Below, piece after piece: positions 41,173 to 55,313 of a DNA stretch of 64,000 bases. Where the stretch lies: assembly GCA_000320545.1 (NCBI GenBank), contig ADNK01003501.1, positions 1 through 64,000 on the forward strand. Reading direction: 5' to 3'. Source of the DNA: Bigelowiella natans CCMP2755. Lineage: Eukaryota > Protista > Cercozoa. The position numbers and the translations under genes are program-made. The notes below the pieces were generated by a model that searched no databases, was not told where the DNA came from, and saw only the letters and a list, made by a program, of their open reading frames with translations. Position 1 is the first letter of the stretch; each line of letters begins with the position of its first letter.

Positions 41173-43115
41173 AGTATCCCCATCATCATCATCATCATCA
41201 TCATCATGATCTCCATCCCCAATTTAGTAGGTATGTCATCATCTGCCACAACCATCATCTGCCAGCAATTAACTATCTAACGAACTACTACTACTACTAC
41301 TACTACTACTCTTAAATCAGAAAAATGGTTGAATGAGGAAGGAGGCTATAGATTACACGCGTCAGTGGCTATTTTAACTTGACGACGACGAAAACATATA
41401 ATACTACTCACATTATTGGTTAGAAACACTTGTTCTTCGTTTTTATTTTCCTTCTTCTACCACTACTACTACTACTAGCATAGCAGTAGTACCTGTGAGC
41501 TGGTGCCGTGCAGCTTGTAGATCACTTTCCAGTCTTCTCGATGCCTCTTTTGTCTTCGAAAGCTTCTGAATCAATGCCTGCTTGTTCTTTCCCAAATACT
41601 CGACATTGTACTTTAGTTTTGTTGCCTTGGCCTCAACCTGGTTAGCATCAGCCCACACTTTCCTTGCCTTCTCATTGGCTTGCTCGAGCTCTATTTGGAG
41701 CTCTCCATTCCTCTTTCCCATCTCCCCTAATTCCTCCGACTTTGCGGAAACATCTACCTCCAACTTCACCACTTGTCGTTCTAATTTCTGCATGGTTGCA
41801 GTTGCTTCTAATGTACGCCTTCGCTGCTCTTTTAGCTCATTTCTAAGCTCACGTACAAGATCGTGGTTGCTTTCATTTTCACGTTTTTGTGCTGCAAGTT
41901 TAATCTCAAGCAAACTTGCTTGTCTAGATGAGCGTGTGGATGAATCCATGAGTTTGTTCTCACGGGCAGTCACTTTCTTCAGCTCTTCCGATAACGATTT
42001 GATCCGATTTTCAGCAGAGTCAAGGTGTTCTAAATGGTGGTGATGATGATGATGATGATGATGATGATGCATTATAGTAGTTCAATGGTTGATAATTTTG
42101 TGACTCAGAAGGAGTCTCAGGCAAATAAGGAAAGAAAAGAGAAATGGAAGGAGAAGAAGATGAAGAACACAACACGCAAATGTAATGAAATAGCCGTGTC
42201 AGAGGGTAGCATTTTCAACATTGACATCAATCATCCTCATCATTCTCATCAATATAGTTATTATTATTATTATCACTAACTTCGCCACCACCACTACCAT
42301 CACTACTACTACTACTACTACTATTACTACTACCTGTTTTTGCCATGGCTTTTGTGAGTCTCTCTTGAAGTTCCTGGAGAGTGCTATCTTTATCCCTCAG
42401 GCTCGCTTTAATCTTCTCAATCTCACCGCTTTTGTTTGAAAGTTGAGCTTGTAAATTCCCAAGCAACTGATCTTTCTGCTCTATTACTGATTTATCAGAT
42501 TCAGATTTGGTCTCTAAACTCTTAATTTTAGCTGTTAGGTCTGCCACGATGAGTGCCTTCATTGATAGCTCTGATTCGAGCGTTTGGCGTTGAAGGACAG
42601 CTGCTGCCACTGAAGCATCTTTGTCTTTAGACATTTTATTAATTGCTTCTTCCAATGTCTCTCTTCCCTTCTTTTGGGCTACTATCTCTCTCTCAATCAA
42701 CTCTTTTTCCTTTTCAGCCAGTACTTTGTCTTTCTCAGAAATCTTTTTGTTAGCTTCCTCAAGAAGAAAGTCCTTCTGTCGGTGTTCAATGGCCGCTTGC
42801 TTCACGTGTTCCTTGAGCTGGACAGAAGCTTCCATAAGTCTTACTTCTTGCTCTTCTTTGGTCGATTGCAGACTAGAATTGAGTTCCTCTATGATACGTT
42901 CCTTCGTAGCGATTGCTGATTCCAACGAGAGGTGTACAACTTCACCCTTTCGCACTTTTGCCTCCATCTCAGATATCTACATCATAGACGACGACGACGA
43001 CGACGAAGACATGTATGATGGCGCCCACCATGAGGATACACACACACACACACACACATACAACAATTTGGCCAGTGAGAAGGGAGAGGAAGAACGACGA
43101 GTAGTTGTTTTGCTT

Positions 43116-43147
<32 letters not shown>

Positions 43148-43395
43148 ATCTCTTAACCCTCCTTCCTCCTCCTCCTCCTCGACGCACATACGCACACCTG
43201 TTCATTCTTTTGCTTTAATGACTGCTCGGATTGTTTTTTACTGGCCTCCAATATTCGAATTGTTTTTAGATTTTGTTCCAGCTGGACGCCACATTCCTTC
43301 ATTCTTGCGCTCATAGACTCTATCACCGTGAACTGCTGCAGTCTGCATGCATCATCGTAAGATGGATGGTTGGATGGATGGATGGAGATGAAGAA

Positions 43396-43427
<32 letters not shown>

Positions 43428-45835
43428 CCTTGAGTAGCAATGTGGGTAGTAGTGGCATCATCTACAACTACTATTACTACTACTACTACTACTACTTCTA
43501 TTACTCTACTACCAACATCAGAATAGAAGAGAAGGAGGAGGAAGAGGAGGAGGAGAATAAGAACGACGCACAAAGATATAAAAGATAGAACAGACAACGT
43601 CAACAGAGGGGGTAGAGCACACACGCATACGCACACGCACAAACACACACACGTACACATTACCTATCGTTTTCGCTTTTGTCCATGAGATGAAGAAGAC
43701 GTTGTACAGTATTTGCCGTATCTCTTCTTACAGTCGACGAACCAGTTGACCTATTATTATTATTATTATTATTATTATCATTATCATCATACAATATGAA
43801 AGAAGAGCGAAAAAGGAGGAGAAATCGTTGCAGAGAACGGTGACTCAAGATTAAATGGAAGTTTTTGTCATCCATCCTACCTATTGTGACGATACATGCT
43901 ATACTATATTGCTCTATGCTCTCTACATAGTTATTATTACAGGTACTAATACTAATGATGATGATATGACCAACCATGCTATCTGTAGCGTAAGCAAAGC
44001 ATCTTCGTGGAATCGTTTCATTCTTGCGCTTTTGGACTGAAAAGTTAGCTTAGGGGGACGCGCTCCATAGTCGTGATTATCTCTAAGGGTATTAACAATC
44101 TTCCTTGCCATTCCAGCAAATTTAAGCGTACTGACGGTCTCTGGGTAGTGAGTAGAAGCAGGTGTTATGCAGCAAATGATGATCGTCTTTGCATTTCCAC
44201 CAAGCGACTCTTGGAGAATACGTGTTAGTTTTGAATCTCTGTAGGGGATATGCAGCTGTGCGCCGCTACTATTACTACCACTACTACTGCTACTTGACGA
44301 AGAAGAGGATGAGAGCTTTATAATGACGTTTCCAAGAAAATAGAGGCTTTTGTTAATGTAGCCCCCCTCCTTCTTGAGTGCCTTGGTGCTCGTTGACTGT
44401 TTTTCCCATGAGTGTACACTTGCTCGCTCGGAGCCAGCAAGGTCAACCAGGTTTAAGACCTGAATATTGAGCAAGCATTGGTAAAACATATCATCCGTAA
44501 TGGAAATGGGGGAATGTGGAGGTTGTTGAGGAAGAAAGAAAAAAGGTAGTCTAGTACGTGAAGAGATGCTCACATCAAACTAACAAACCATCTTCTAGAC
44601 CATCCTTCACACGTATTATAAAAATACTAACAACAATAATAACAATAATAATAACTTTTTCCTCTCCTCACTATCTCTCCCTCCTTGTCTCTCCCTCTCT
44701 CTTCACAGGCACACACACACACACACATACGCAATCTATATCAGTGAATAGCATACCGCCTGGCCTGGTCCAAGTTTATCAACAAACTTTGCTCGCAGAC
44801 TCAGAATGGTGTGTGAGCGTGAAGATTCTCTATTCATCTTCGTGTATCCCACATGCCGTAGCCGCTCACCAAGATATATCAATTCCAACACATCCAATTT
44901 ACTCTTTATTTCCTTTATTTGCAGCCCATCTATGTAAATTCCTCTGTTTTTACTCTCGCGCAATCGAAGGCTCTTTGGATTATTTGATCTCTTCTCTGCT
45001 GGCGCGAGTAGGTCAAATATCTCCTCGTTGTAGATTTCGAAGTAGGACAAATGTAGAGAAATCTGCTTACTACCACTGTATTTCGCAATTATATTAAAAA
45101 CATCCTCGACAACCAAAATATTAATGCCAGTGTTGCCCTTCTTGCTCCCTCCCATCATGGTATACGTCTTCCCGCTCGAGGTCTGACCGTAGGCCATGAT
45201 TGTAGCATTCTCGCCACTCATGAATGCCTCTACCTTTTGCTGCACTACACTTTGATATATTTCCCTTGTGCTAACCTTAGGCCCCCCCACATGATCAAAG
45301 TAGTAGCTCACATTTGGAGCGTCTCCCACGTGGTCTTTAGCGCTGCTGCTGCTGCTGCTGCTGCTGCCGCTCCTTGGTATAGAGCTGATACGATTTCCCT
45401 TGGCCTCCCAGAGCGATTTTTCGCTCCTTTGAAGTTCCGGATTTGTGAGGGGTCGCAGTCTTACATATACCTAAAAACGACCACATAACAATGGTGATGT
45501 CGATAATTGTCGCGTTGATAAAGAACTTTTGCAATTTCAACGGTTCAAGTCTTCTATCATCATTTTTAGATATGAATACAGAAGGAAGAATTGGAGAAGA
45601 GAAATAAACGAATAACCTGAATATTGTACTTGCCCACAGCTGCAGTTTTGGTCCCCCCCCTACTCTTTTGTGGAAAGCGATTGCCAATGTCAGATCTGGT
45701 CCGCTTTACTCTCGAACGACTACTAATTCTCGAACGATTGGTTATTCTAGATTGCGGATAGAGCTCATTCTGAGAATGGTTTAGGCTGCTATCGGGACGG
45801 TGAAAAAGCGTAGGATTACTCGATGATGTTGTCAT
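37275..45835 (-). CDS. Kinesin-7 / CENP-E-like N-terminal motor kinesin with a long coiled-coil tail, multi-exon
   Basis: Motor motifs NIQ/VYVRLRP, P-loop AYGQTSSGKTYTM, switch I NRESSRSH, switch II LVDLAGSER, INKSL and HIPYRDSKLTRILQESLGGN (43.9-45.6 kb). Coiled-coil exons at 42227-42967, 41443-42072, 39379-41058 and 37275-39086. Start codon uncertain. Confidence 0.88.
38480..38812 (-). repeat. In-frame tandem duplication (~186-bp period) in the kinesin tail
   Basis: DLxARLAQISNELATKTLxHEKAxKNLEKKHREEVIRMKE occurs twice, and the DNA copies are near-identical. Confidence 0.9.
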
Positions 45836-46454
45836 TGTGACTACTTCAACAACTTTCTTCCAGCAAGTGAATAATGATGATGTCCTCAAGGTTCATTGGA
45901 TAACACAGCCATAATGCTGTGCTGATGACTATTGCCTGTAGTTCTGCACATATCTATGAAAAGAGTTTATGCTTGATGAGGTAGCTGTGCCATCGTGTGT
46001 TGCGGTAATAAATAATAACTATTCCTACCAAGTTGGATGAGGGTGAGATGATCGTTGGCTTCTTCTTCTTCTTCTTCCTCCTTCCTGTTGAAGCTGCTTA
46101 ACAGTTGAATCAGTTAACTTATACTGGATTCTACTAGTCTACTAGTACCAGCGTTTTTTGCTGTGTATGTCTTCTTTTTGGCTACTTTTACCAAAACTGA
46201 AGAGCTCCTTTACCAAGTCGTATCGTTGATTAACCCACTATGTTACATCTTACGACAACAATTGTTATTATTCGGTTATACTTCTCTCTCTCTTTCTTGG
46301 ATATCATAATTATCCGCATGAACTTTGTGCAGAATATGCGATTATTACAACACAAACAACAACATTCATTTTAATTTTAATCTACAACAGAACAGGCGAC
46401 GTGTCCTGCCACCCCCCTTCTCAACAAAGCGTCACGAGCGGCTTTACTCCCAGG

Positions 46455-47024
46455 ATGAGCCGCGGCGGTGATTCGCAGACAAAGATGTTGTCATCATCAT
46501 CTTCATCCTCACCATCCTCCATTTCCTCTTCCTCCTCATCCTCATCTGTGTCCTCATCACCACCAACACCAACCCAGTCAACATCACCGACAACACCATC
46601 ATCATCAAATGATGTAACCCAAAATGGAATTGACATTCAACAATGCCTGAAGAAAGGACTTGTCGGGGCTATTGGGGTGATTCCTGGGACTGTTGCAGCA
46701 CATCCATTCGACGTTATTAAGATTAGGATGCAGACATCAAAGGACAGCCTCAGGATGGCAATGGGAACCATATCGAAGACTACAGGAGGTTTTAAAGGTT
46801 TCTACAGAGGCCTCTCTAGCGCTGTGCAGCAAAAGATGATCACATGGTAAGAATTGGAGCATTACCTACACTTAGCGTTGACAACCTCCTTCAATGAATT
46901 TGAACTGCTGCTGCCATGTGCTTAGTAGTAGTTGTATTGGTAGTAGTAATAGTAGTAGTAAATAGTAGTAGTAAATAGTAGTAGTAGTAGTCGTCGTCGT
47001 AGTAGTAGTCGTAGTAGTAGATGA

Positions 47025-47065
<41 letters not shown>

Positions 47066-47077
47066 AAGAGAGAGAGC

Positions 47078-47121
<44 letters not shown>

Positions 47122-47688
47122 ACACACAAAGCACACAATGTCTTAGCGTGAACGTAAGCAGCCTGCAATGATATATTGTATACGTCAACTGTTATTCGAC
47201 ACTCTGCTAACTACCACTATTACTACTACTACGACTACTACTACTAACACAACTACTACTACCACCTATATGCCCAATGCATTCACGATCCAACAACGTA
47301 ACCCCAATAGCGGACCGATGTTTCTAATCTCTGAGATCTGTACGCAAGGGATGCAATTAGCTGGAATGAAACGAGCAGAAGTAGTAGTAGTAGTGGTGGT
47401 GGTGGTGGTGGTGATGTGGAGATCGATGATGAAGAGAGGATGAAAGACAAATAGACAAAAACTATCCTGTCACACGAATCAGTTTCTTCTTCTTCTTCTT
47501 CTTCTTCCTAACTGATCATATATGTATCATCAGGCTTGCTTTGCTGGATCGGCGGTGTCTGGATACAGCACAGGTTTTGTTGCTGCTCTAAGTGAGTATA
47601 GAAAGGTGCTTCTCAGCCAAAATGTCAAAGTTCCAGGTAGTAGACAACCAACCAACCACGGAGTTTGTGTGCGTATGTGTGCTGTGTG

Positions 47689-47723
<35 letters not shown>

Positions 47724-49556
47724 GTCTGATTGATATCCTCCCTATATTATATTTATTATCATTTGCTGAGGAGGCCATGTATGTGTCAACACCCCTCGTA
47801 TTAACACACATATTTACCATCATAACCAGGGGGGGGAACTTGGACATACAGTGGTAATACTACTACTTCTACAAGCGACGATTTAAACATTAAGCGAGCT
47901 CTGTGTGTGTTTTCAATGATGTTGTTTCTCCTGCTGCTGTTGATATCAGAAATGCCTCCTTCTATACTAGTTTGTTAATGCTGTACGTGAGATGATGGTC
48001 TCTACAATCAAATACTAATCACATATACACATATAAGTGATTCATAAGCTTCATACACAGCATAGAATCAATTGTTATCTTTAACATGTATTTATTCTGA
48101 TGCATAGCCGTTTACCTCTGCTGTAAGTAACTACTGATAATGATGATGACGGTGCTGCTGATGATGGTATTACACTATTTGATGATTCATTCTTATCATC
48201 TATTGATGATGGTATTTACACTATTATTTCAACACTAATTCTTATATCATATCTGATCACTATAATGTTCATGACACGTCGTCAGAGATACTCAAGTACC
48301 GGCATATCCATGGAATAAACATTGTCCGCAGACTCAATGGTGCCGGCATTAGAAACGGGTTTGTGATTGCGATGCGCCCTTTTTCTGAAATTTCCTGCTC
48401 AATAACGAAAGTTCTATTTTCACTATTAATTGTTATTCTATATCCTAAAGCTCTATAAGAAAACACCAATCGACGACGACTCGATTAACATTTGTGACAT
48501 TATTTGACATAACGTTCGTCATCATCACCATCATTGTCATCACCATCATCGTCATCATCATCGTCGTCATCATCATTCTATCGTGTTTACAGTATTCCTA
48601 CTTCTCCTATATATTATAGGCTATTTGACTCCACATTCTTCGGTTGCCAGCATCTCTATCAACAGCGCGGAATGTCACCAGGAAGTAGCTATGGACTAGC
48701 AGCAGCAACCGCTGTTCTTTTAGGGTAATCGTATAATTAGTAGAAACGAAAACATCAACGACAACAATAAGAAGAAGAAGAAGAAGAAGAAGAAGAAAAG
48801 CACGGGCCATCATAATAGGAGTAGTCGTGTAGCGAAGATGGCTACGATGATGATGACGACAATGAAGCTGATAATTAAAATTAATTAATTAGTACATTAA
48901 AGATTGGCAGTATTGTTCTGTTGAGAAATGAAGACGTTTGAAATATGAGAGAGAATGTTTTGGCGATGGATGTTAATCATTTTACTCGTCATCATCATTA
49001 TCATCATCATTATTATTACTATTGTCATCATCATGATTATCATGATCATTATCATCATCCTCATTGTCATCATTGATTTCAACTAGATACTCACTCGACA
49101 TGGCGGTAAAACAGCAAATGGTAGTCCCCCCAAACAAAACCCCTGAATCATTGACAACACTCATTCACAGGCTTTACCAAGGTATGTATGTTTGTATGTA
49201 TGTATGTATGTATGTATGTATTGCTGCCAGAGGCAAGCTTTTTGGAGTAGTGTATATGTTTGTCCATGAACAAGAATTTTTTATATCAAATTGACTTCAC
49301 TTGTACACTCTACCACCACCACAACACACACCATTTATTTCAAAAAGGGGAGCATCACGACAACATCATCATTGACATTACCTTAGGTCCATCGTTCCTC
49401 AGAGCTTTCATCGACGCCCACCGCGGAATAAATCCAAAAATCATTGAGTTCTCAATCAATTACTCGATGATTGGTGTTAGTAGCGTGTATATACTTTATT
49501 TCTGCAATAAGTTGATTGGAAGCCCTTCCCCCGCCGATGACACTACAAAAAGCTAA
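46455..49556 (+). CDS. Mitochondrial carrier (SLC25) family protein, multi-exon
   Basis: Signature PxDxxKxR (HPFDVIKIRMQT) and GFKGFYRG in exon 1. Degenerate repeats LSEYRKV (~47590) and YSLDMAVKQ (~49090), and a final exon GINPKIIEF...TTKS*. Confidence 0.85.
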
Positions 49557-49929
49557 TGTTAAGACAAAGCGACCAGTAACTTCGTTCAAGTCGTTTCCGG
49601 TCATTTTCATTGGTGTATGTTCGGCGATATTTGACGATATCTCTATCTATCTACCGGGGGGGTTGTTCTTGAACCTACAGCAGAAACTTTAGTGACAGCT
49701 GGCATAGCATCTACTTAGGTTCATAAACCACCTTGCATTGAGTAATAGCGCTATCCATGTCAAGGTTTCCATCCGTGCAAAAAGAACTTGATCTGAAAAG
49801 CAATTGGAGAAAGTCTCCCAGAAAAATCTTTCATTAGAAAAGTCCTGCTCGCCACCGCTACTATTTTTCCATGAAAATGGCTTGGCACACCATGCTTGTC
49901 GCTGCCATTGTTTTCCCCCTAAGAGCACA

Positions 49930-52149
49930 GTCATGTTCGTTGCTGCTTCTTCCGTCTTTTCATTGACCGAAAGAAGACTGCCCACATGTCATGCTAGCCT
50001 GAAGTCGCAAATCGCATGCGAGACGGTCAATGAAGATTGCTCCACTTGTCACATCTAGATGTTCCTGAAGCAATGATTGTAGCAATGCCAAACATGATCA
50101 TGATGTGCGCTCTCGTTGATCATTGTGCAAATGATCACAATTGTGATGAGATGGCATGATCTGGTGAGCAGATGCATGGATGACCACTGTGCATGCGACT
50201 GCACTTTTTGCTTGAATCAATTAGCCCTTGTGACAACGAATGCCAGCACATTGGCTAGCTTTGCGATTGAAAAGTGCGCGTTGCGATGTGTCCACTCCAC
50301 ATGACGTTGTTTGTTTTGATGAGATCCAGAGATGCATGTGCGTGTTGGATCCAATGAAAATGAAGACTCATTCAATGACACCAGATCACCAGGTCAGATG
50401 GCGAGAAACAGTTCTTTGCCAAAACTTGCAAGGGTTGCAAGCTTTTCGCCAAGTGTCTCCCCAAGCAGCTGCTCACGACACCAAAAAAAGAATGAGAATG
50501 GTGATTGGGATGTCGCGCCTTCGGTTTGTGCATTCATCGCTTGCGTGGGAGTTGGCATGCTGTCAATGTCCTTGTTGATTGTCTGAACTTGCTTCGCCTG
50601 CACGGCAGCAGGCGCGGTGCGATGATGCGACGCGGCATTGAAACCATTCGCATGCAGAACGGCCGCAGCCGGGCTGTTGTCCTTGAACTCTTCGTCAAGG
50701 CAAGCTGCGTGCTTCGGAATGGGTGACGCTGATCGGTCAGCGTGCCGCGGTGGTGGATCTGAGGTGCTGCGCACGTGTGCAGAAGCACGCGTGTCGCAGG
50801 GTTGAAGTTGAGACGCACACGCACTGTTGCATGCAACCGATTCGTTCTGCATCACGTGCAGCTGTCGATTGTTGCAGCAATGTGCGCCCTCGCATGCAAC
50901 CGATTCGTTCTGCATCGAGTGCAGCTGTCGATTGTTGCAGCATTGGGCGTGGTGCAATGTGATCTCGTGTTGAGAACTGAAGTCGCATGAGTCGTTGAGT
51001 TGCATTGTTGTTTGGTCCTTGAGTTGCTTTGTCACTTGAACGTTTGAGTTCTGATGTCACTTGGTCGTTTGAGTTCTGAGTGTGCTTGGTTGCTTGCTTG
51101 TGCAGTTGAGTTCTGATCTCAATGTGTCACTTGGACTTTTGAGTTCTGTCGAGATGTGTCTGAATTGTTGCAATTGCGACTTGAGTGAAAAGCTGTCAGC
51201 TTTTCGCTTTTGTCATGTCGCAATGTCAGCTTTTCGATTTTGTCATGTCGCCACTTGCGAACTTTCTGAGAAACTTCTGCGCGGAGAGTTTTTCATTGTG
51301 CCGTGTCGTCCCACGTGGAGTGTCGTGCTGGTGCGTCCGACACGCACGTGCAGCTCCGTTGGTGCGCCTTGTGTGTCTTGTCGCACTTGAGCGAACAGCT
51401 GCATCGTGGCGCCATGCATCGCAGCGCCACAGGGAAGACAAGATTCACGAGTTCCTGCTCATTCAACTTTGAAAACTTTCTCGGACGGCGTGAAAGGCCA
51501 GACAGACAAGTCTAGAAGTGCCAAAAACTCATCAAGAAGACAGCTGAGGATCAAAAGGCGGAACTCACAGCACGTCCAAAAAACTACCTGGCCATCGATG
51601 GAGCAATGAATTGTCGGACACTGTGTCAAGTTGCGATTGGCAGCAAGAAGTCTGTCGGCAAAGCACACGTTGATGAACTGATTTCATTCGTGCATCAAAA
51701 GCGGAGAAAGCTCGAGTGTTTTTTCCACTTCCCCACTCGACAGCAGAATGTTTCAGCATTTCGTTTGCAAGAGACTTTGAAAAAAAGGCTGTCGAGCTAG
51801 CAGAGTGCTGAGTTGTTGGCATCAATGTGACAGAAATGGTTGAGGACGCACGGAAAAAGAAAAGCAAGATCATGGCTAGCCAATGGCGGCGAAAAAGTGT
51901 GTGATGTGGGCAATGGCGCGATGCTCTGGCGATGATTTTTTGCTAAGTCGCTTCAACAAAGATCATTTTGACAAAAAACGTGTGCTGTGCTGATGATTTT
52001 TGCTGTGTCATCATTGCAATTCTGCAATTCAGTTCAACAGTTGGTCCGCAGCAGGTGAAATTGCGAATCGCATGTGGTTGGCATTTTTCTCACTAGGCTA
52101 CAGGACGAGCAGTGGGGAAATTTTTCATGGGGTGTGTGGTGGGGGGCTG

Positions 52150-52192
<43 letters not shown>

Positions 52193-52410
52193 TGCACACT
52201 GCAGCGCATGTCAGTGCTCACCATGCTAGCTAGCTAGCTTAGGCTCACATGTGCACATGAACATTGGCATGTGCGTGCGCACGACATGCATCTGTTCATA
52301 ATTGTGTGATGCAAAGTGCAGAAAGGTGCACACTCGAGTGGAGTCCGCAATGCCACAAGTCATGTCTAGATGTGCATGAACATCAGGAATGTTGCTCAAC
52401 ATTGCTAGCA
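49930..52410. other. TpA-erased island containing short tandem repeats and one copy of a dispersed repeat
   Basis: TA nearly absent except in TAG/CTA contexts. A ~63-bp unit is repeated twice at about 50828-50942, and GAGTTCTG-type repeats lie at about 51020-51150. Confidence 0.8.
51479..51943 (+). repeat. Dispersed direct repeat, copy A (~460 bp)
   Basis: Near-identical to 56941-57397 (TCTCGGACGGCGTGAAAGGCCAG ... GATGATTTTTTGC). Confidence 0.95.
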
Positions 52411-52476
52411 CGAAAGTAGTCGTAATGACACAGTTTGTTATTCTTATTGCATCCAATTTCTCCAACAAAGTTATCG

Positions 52477-53389
52477 TCATTCTTCCTCTTTGATTCGTTT
52501 AAGAGTCTTACTCTTAAAACCATCATCCTCACCATCGTGCAAGCTGTAAGTAGCGTTCATTTGCACAACCCCTCTAAGTATCTGCACAGCATAGTTCTTT
52601 AGATTCAAAGTGTACTTTTGAGATACTACTAAATCATGATCACTCCAATCTGAATATTACATGACAAAACAATCCCAAATCAGATGCTGTAACCAAGAAC
52701 ACGTTAGGTTTGGACGTATTATCCAATAATTGTAGCCTTTCTACTACTACTACCACGTGCTACTGCAACAACTAACATTGCATCATTACCATCTTTAGAG
52801 TCACCAGCAGCGGTAGTGGTCGTAGTAGTAGTGGTAGCATCTTCCCACAGGAAGAACATCTCCACGTACTTGTCAAACACAGCATAAAGTCTCCACAACC
52901 CTGATGCACAATAACATAATGAGTAGTAAGAGAAATAGTCAATAGTAGTAGAAGAAGAAGAAGAAGAGGAAGAAGAAGAAGTAGAAAAAGCAGATTTGGA
53001 TGACTGCAGTAGAAGACTGCTATCTATCATATCTACCACCTTCATCGAACGAGTGCAGCTTTGCGCCAGTTTTCTCCATCATTGTGAAGAGGTCTTATGA
53101 TAGGCAAATAGTAGTAGTAGCACACAACACAAGTTTAGTAGGAACAGGTAAACAACAAGTACTAAAAACAATAAGCTAGTTTTAGTACTGCTACTCATTG
53201 CTCAAAACAGCATAGAGTTTGATAACGCTTGTTGTCTCAGTCGTTGTTGTTGTTGATGTTGTTGTTGTTGTCACACACACACACACACACATACACGACG
53301 ACCAGCAAGCAACATATTGATGAATTCTTTAATGACAAGCAGCAAGAAGCAGCAACATATTGATGGATTCTTAAGGCCTTCTTCTTCTT

Positions 53390-53421
<32 letters not shown>

Positions 53422-53926
53422 CCTGATACTCAGAGCGAATATCTCTCTCTTTGTCGTCATCCAAAGTGCTTATATCTGCTTTGGTTGTTGTACCCTCCAG
53501 ATGATCTTGGTGAGTAGTGGTAGTAGTAGTAGTAGTAGTAGTAGTAATAGTAGTAGTATTTACCCCTGTCATTCCTTCTAATTCTTTTGATGAGGTTGTT
53601 GCCATTGTTGCAGAATCTACTTGCTGCCTCTCTTTCTGTGGGGTTTCTTCCTTTCTCACCGTCATCTTCATCTTCTCCATTTTATTCTTCTGCTTTTTCT
53701 GCTTGAGTATTCTGCACCATTCTTCTTTGTGCTCTTGCATTGAGTCTTTTACAGCGGCGAAAATAGCTGTGACACCAATCGTATTTTCATTGCAGAGTAG
53801 TAGGTAGACAATAAGGAATGATAACAATACATGAAGAATGAGTTATGATGATAATAATGACGCAATAAGTAGTACCATGATTTTGTTAAAGGAAGGAGGA
53901 AGCAGATGGAAAGAATAGTAGTATCC

Positions 53927-53963
<37 letters not shown>

Positions 53964-55313
53964 CTCGAAGAAACCAACCCCCACGTTCATCATATAAAAT
54001 ACACCTCACATCAGCGCATTGATAATCCAAAGGGCAGGGCAGTAGTATAATAGTAATTCGAATGATTATTGCATAATGCAACTGGTAGCAACTGAATGAA
54101 GAAAGAAATATTGCTGCTGCTTCTTCTTCTTCTTCTTCTTCTTCTTCTTCTTCTTCTGTAACATTCTCCAGCAATATACTAAGCCACGACAACCATACTT
54201 ACATAGATTTTGGCATAATTCCTGGAATTCAGGAAGAAGAGATGAGATTTTGTCTCTTAATCTTGCTGGACTCAACACGCTGCTTTCTGGTTTTTCTGCT
54301 TCTAATCTTGCAAACTCCCCTGAATAATCAATGAATGAATAATCCCTAGCAGGACCAACAAGAGTGCGTAGGTGTCTATGTGTGTGTGTGCGTGTGTGTG
54401 TGCCGTCGTTTTACCATATGATTGCTGCTTTGGCATACTACTCGCTGCTGCTGCTTCAGAACTGCTGCTGCTGCTGCCGCTGCTGCTTTTGGTTTGAGAT
54501 TGTTCTTTCTTCTTCTTTGTGGTATCGTCAAAATTTAGTGGAGACGCCTGGGGTTGATGCTGTTCTCTTGCTGCTCTGCCTGTAGTCTGACTTGCTAGCC
54601 ATGTTTTCGCCTCTTTCCCCTTCGTTAACACATTATTTGTGGTAGATGAAGATATTCTAAGAGGGTCAAGCCGAACTGTTTTCTTCCTTGATATCATGGT
54701 CGTCATCGTGACATCATTTGTGCTTTGAAAGATCCTCTGATCTCCTTGAAGACGCATTGAATCGAATGCGTTCTGAGATTATATTCATGATAATGCACCA
54801 TCATTGTTCGACGATTGCAGGTCTCATCAAAGATCATATTTTCTGATTACTATCGGCACTAAATGATTTACTATTCTTTTCTGCACTTTATCGAAAGTTT
54901 CCAACAACCCAAAACCATTCTAGATCATTCGTAACAACATGCCACCGCAAAACTCAATAGTTACCTTCAAAACCCTGAATTTTTCAGCTTCTCTCGCCCT
55001 GTAGTCGAGAATTTGATTTTTTTCGATGGCTCGCACCCGCCTCTGCGGTGTGTGGATTGGGCGTGCCATACTTGCGTATTGCTGCCACAGATAAAGTAGA
55101 AGAACGACGATGACGACAAGAATAGCGACGACATAACAAACGGTGGTGATGATCAGTATAAGCAAATCTCACATAGAAATGCTTTAACATTCTAGTAACA
55201 AATACCCGCCATTGTGCAAAAGGGCTTGAGTGTTCTTCGTAACATTGTTGCTGCTGTTTATTCCACATCGGTAGACGTAGTCGATCCCACCACTCTTTCT
55301 TAAGATCTTGCAC
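52477..55313 (-). CDS. Hypothetical multi-exon protein
   Basis: A chain of plausible exons (KKEWWDRLRLPMW; RVRAIEKNQILDYRAREAEKF; LRDKISSLLPEFQELCQNL; ASGLWRLYAVFDKY; ...KRIKEEE*) separated by microsatellite-rich introns. No family recognised and the 5' end is uncertain. Confidence 0.5.
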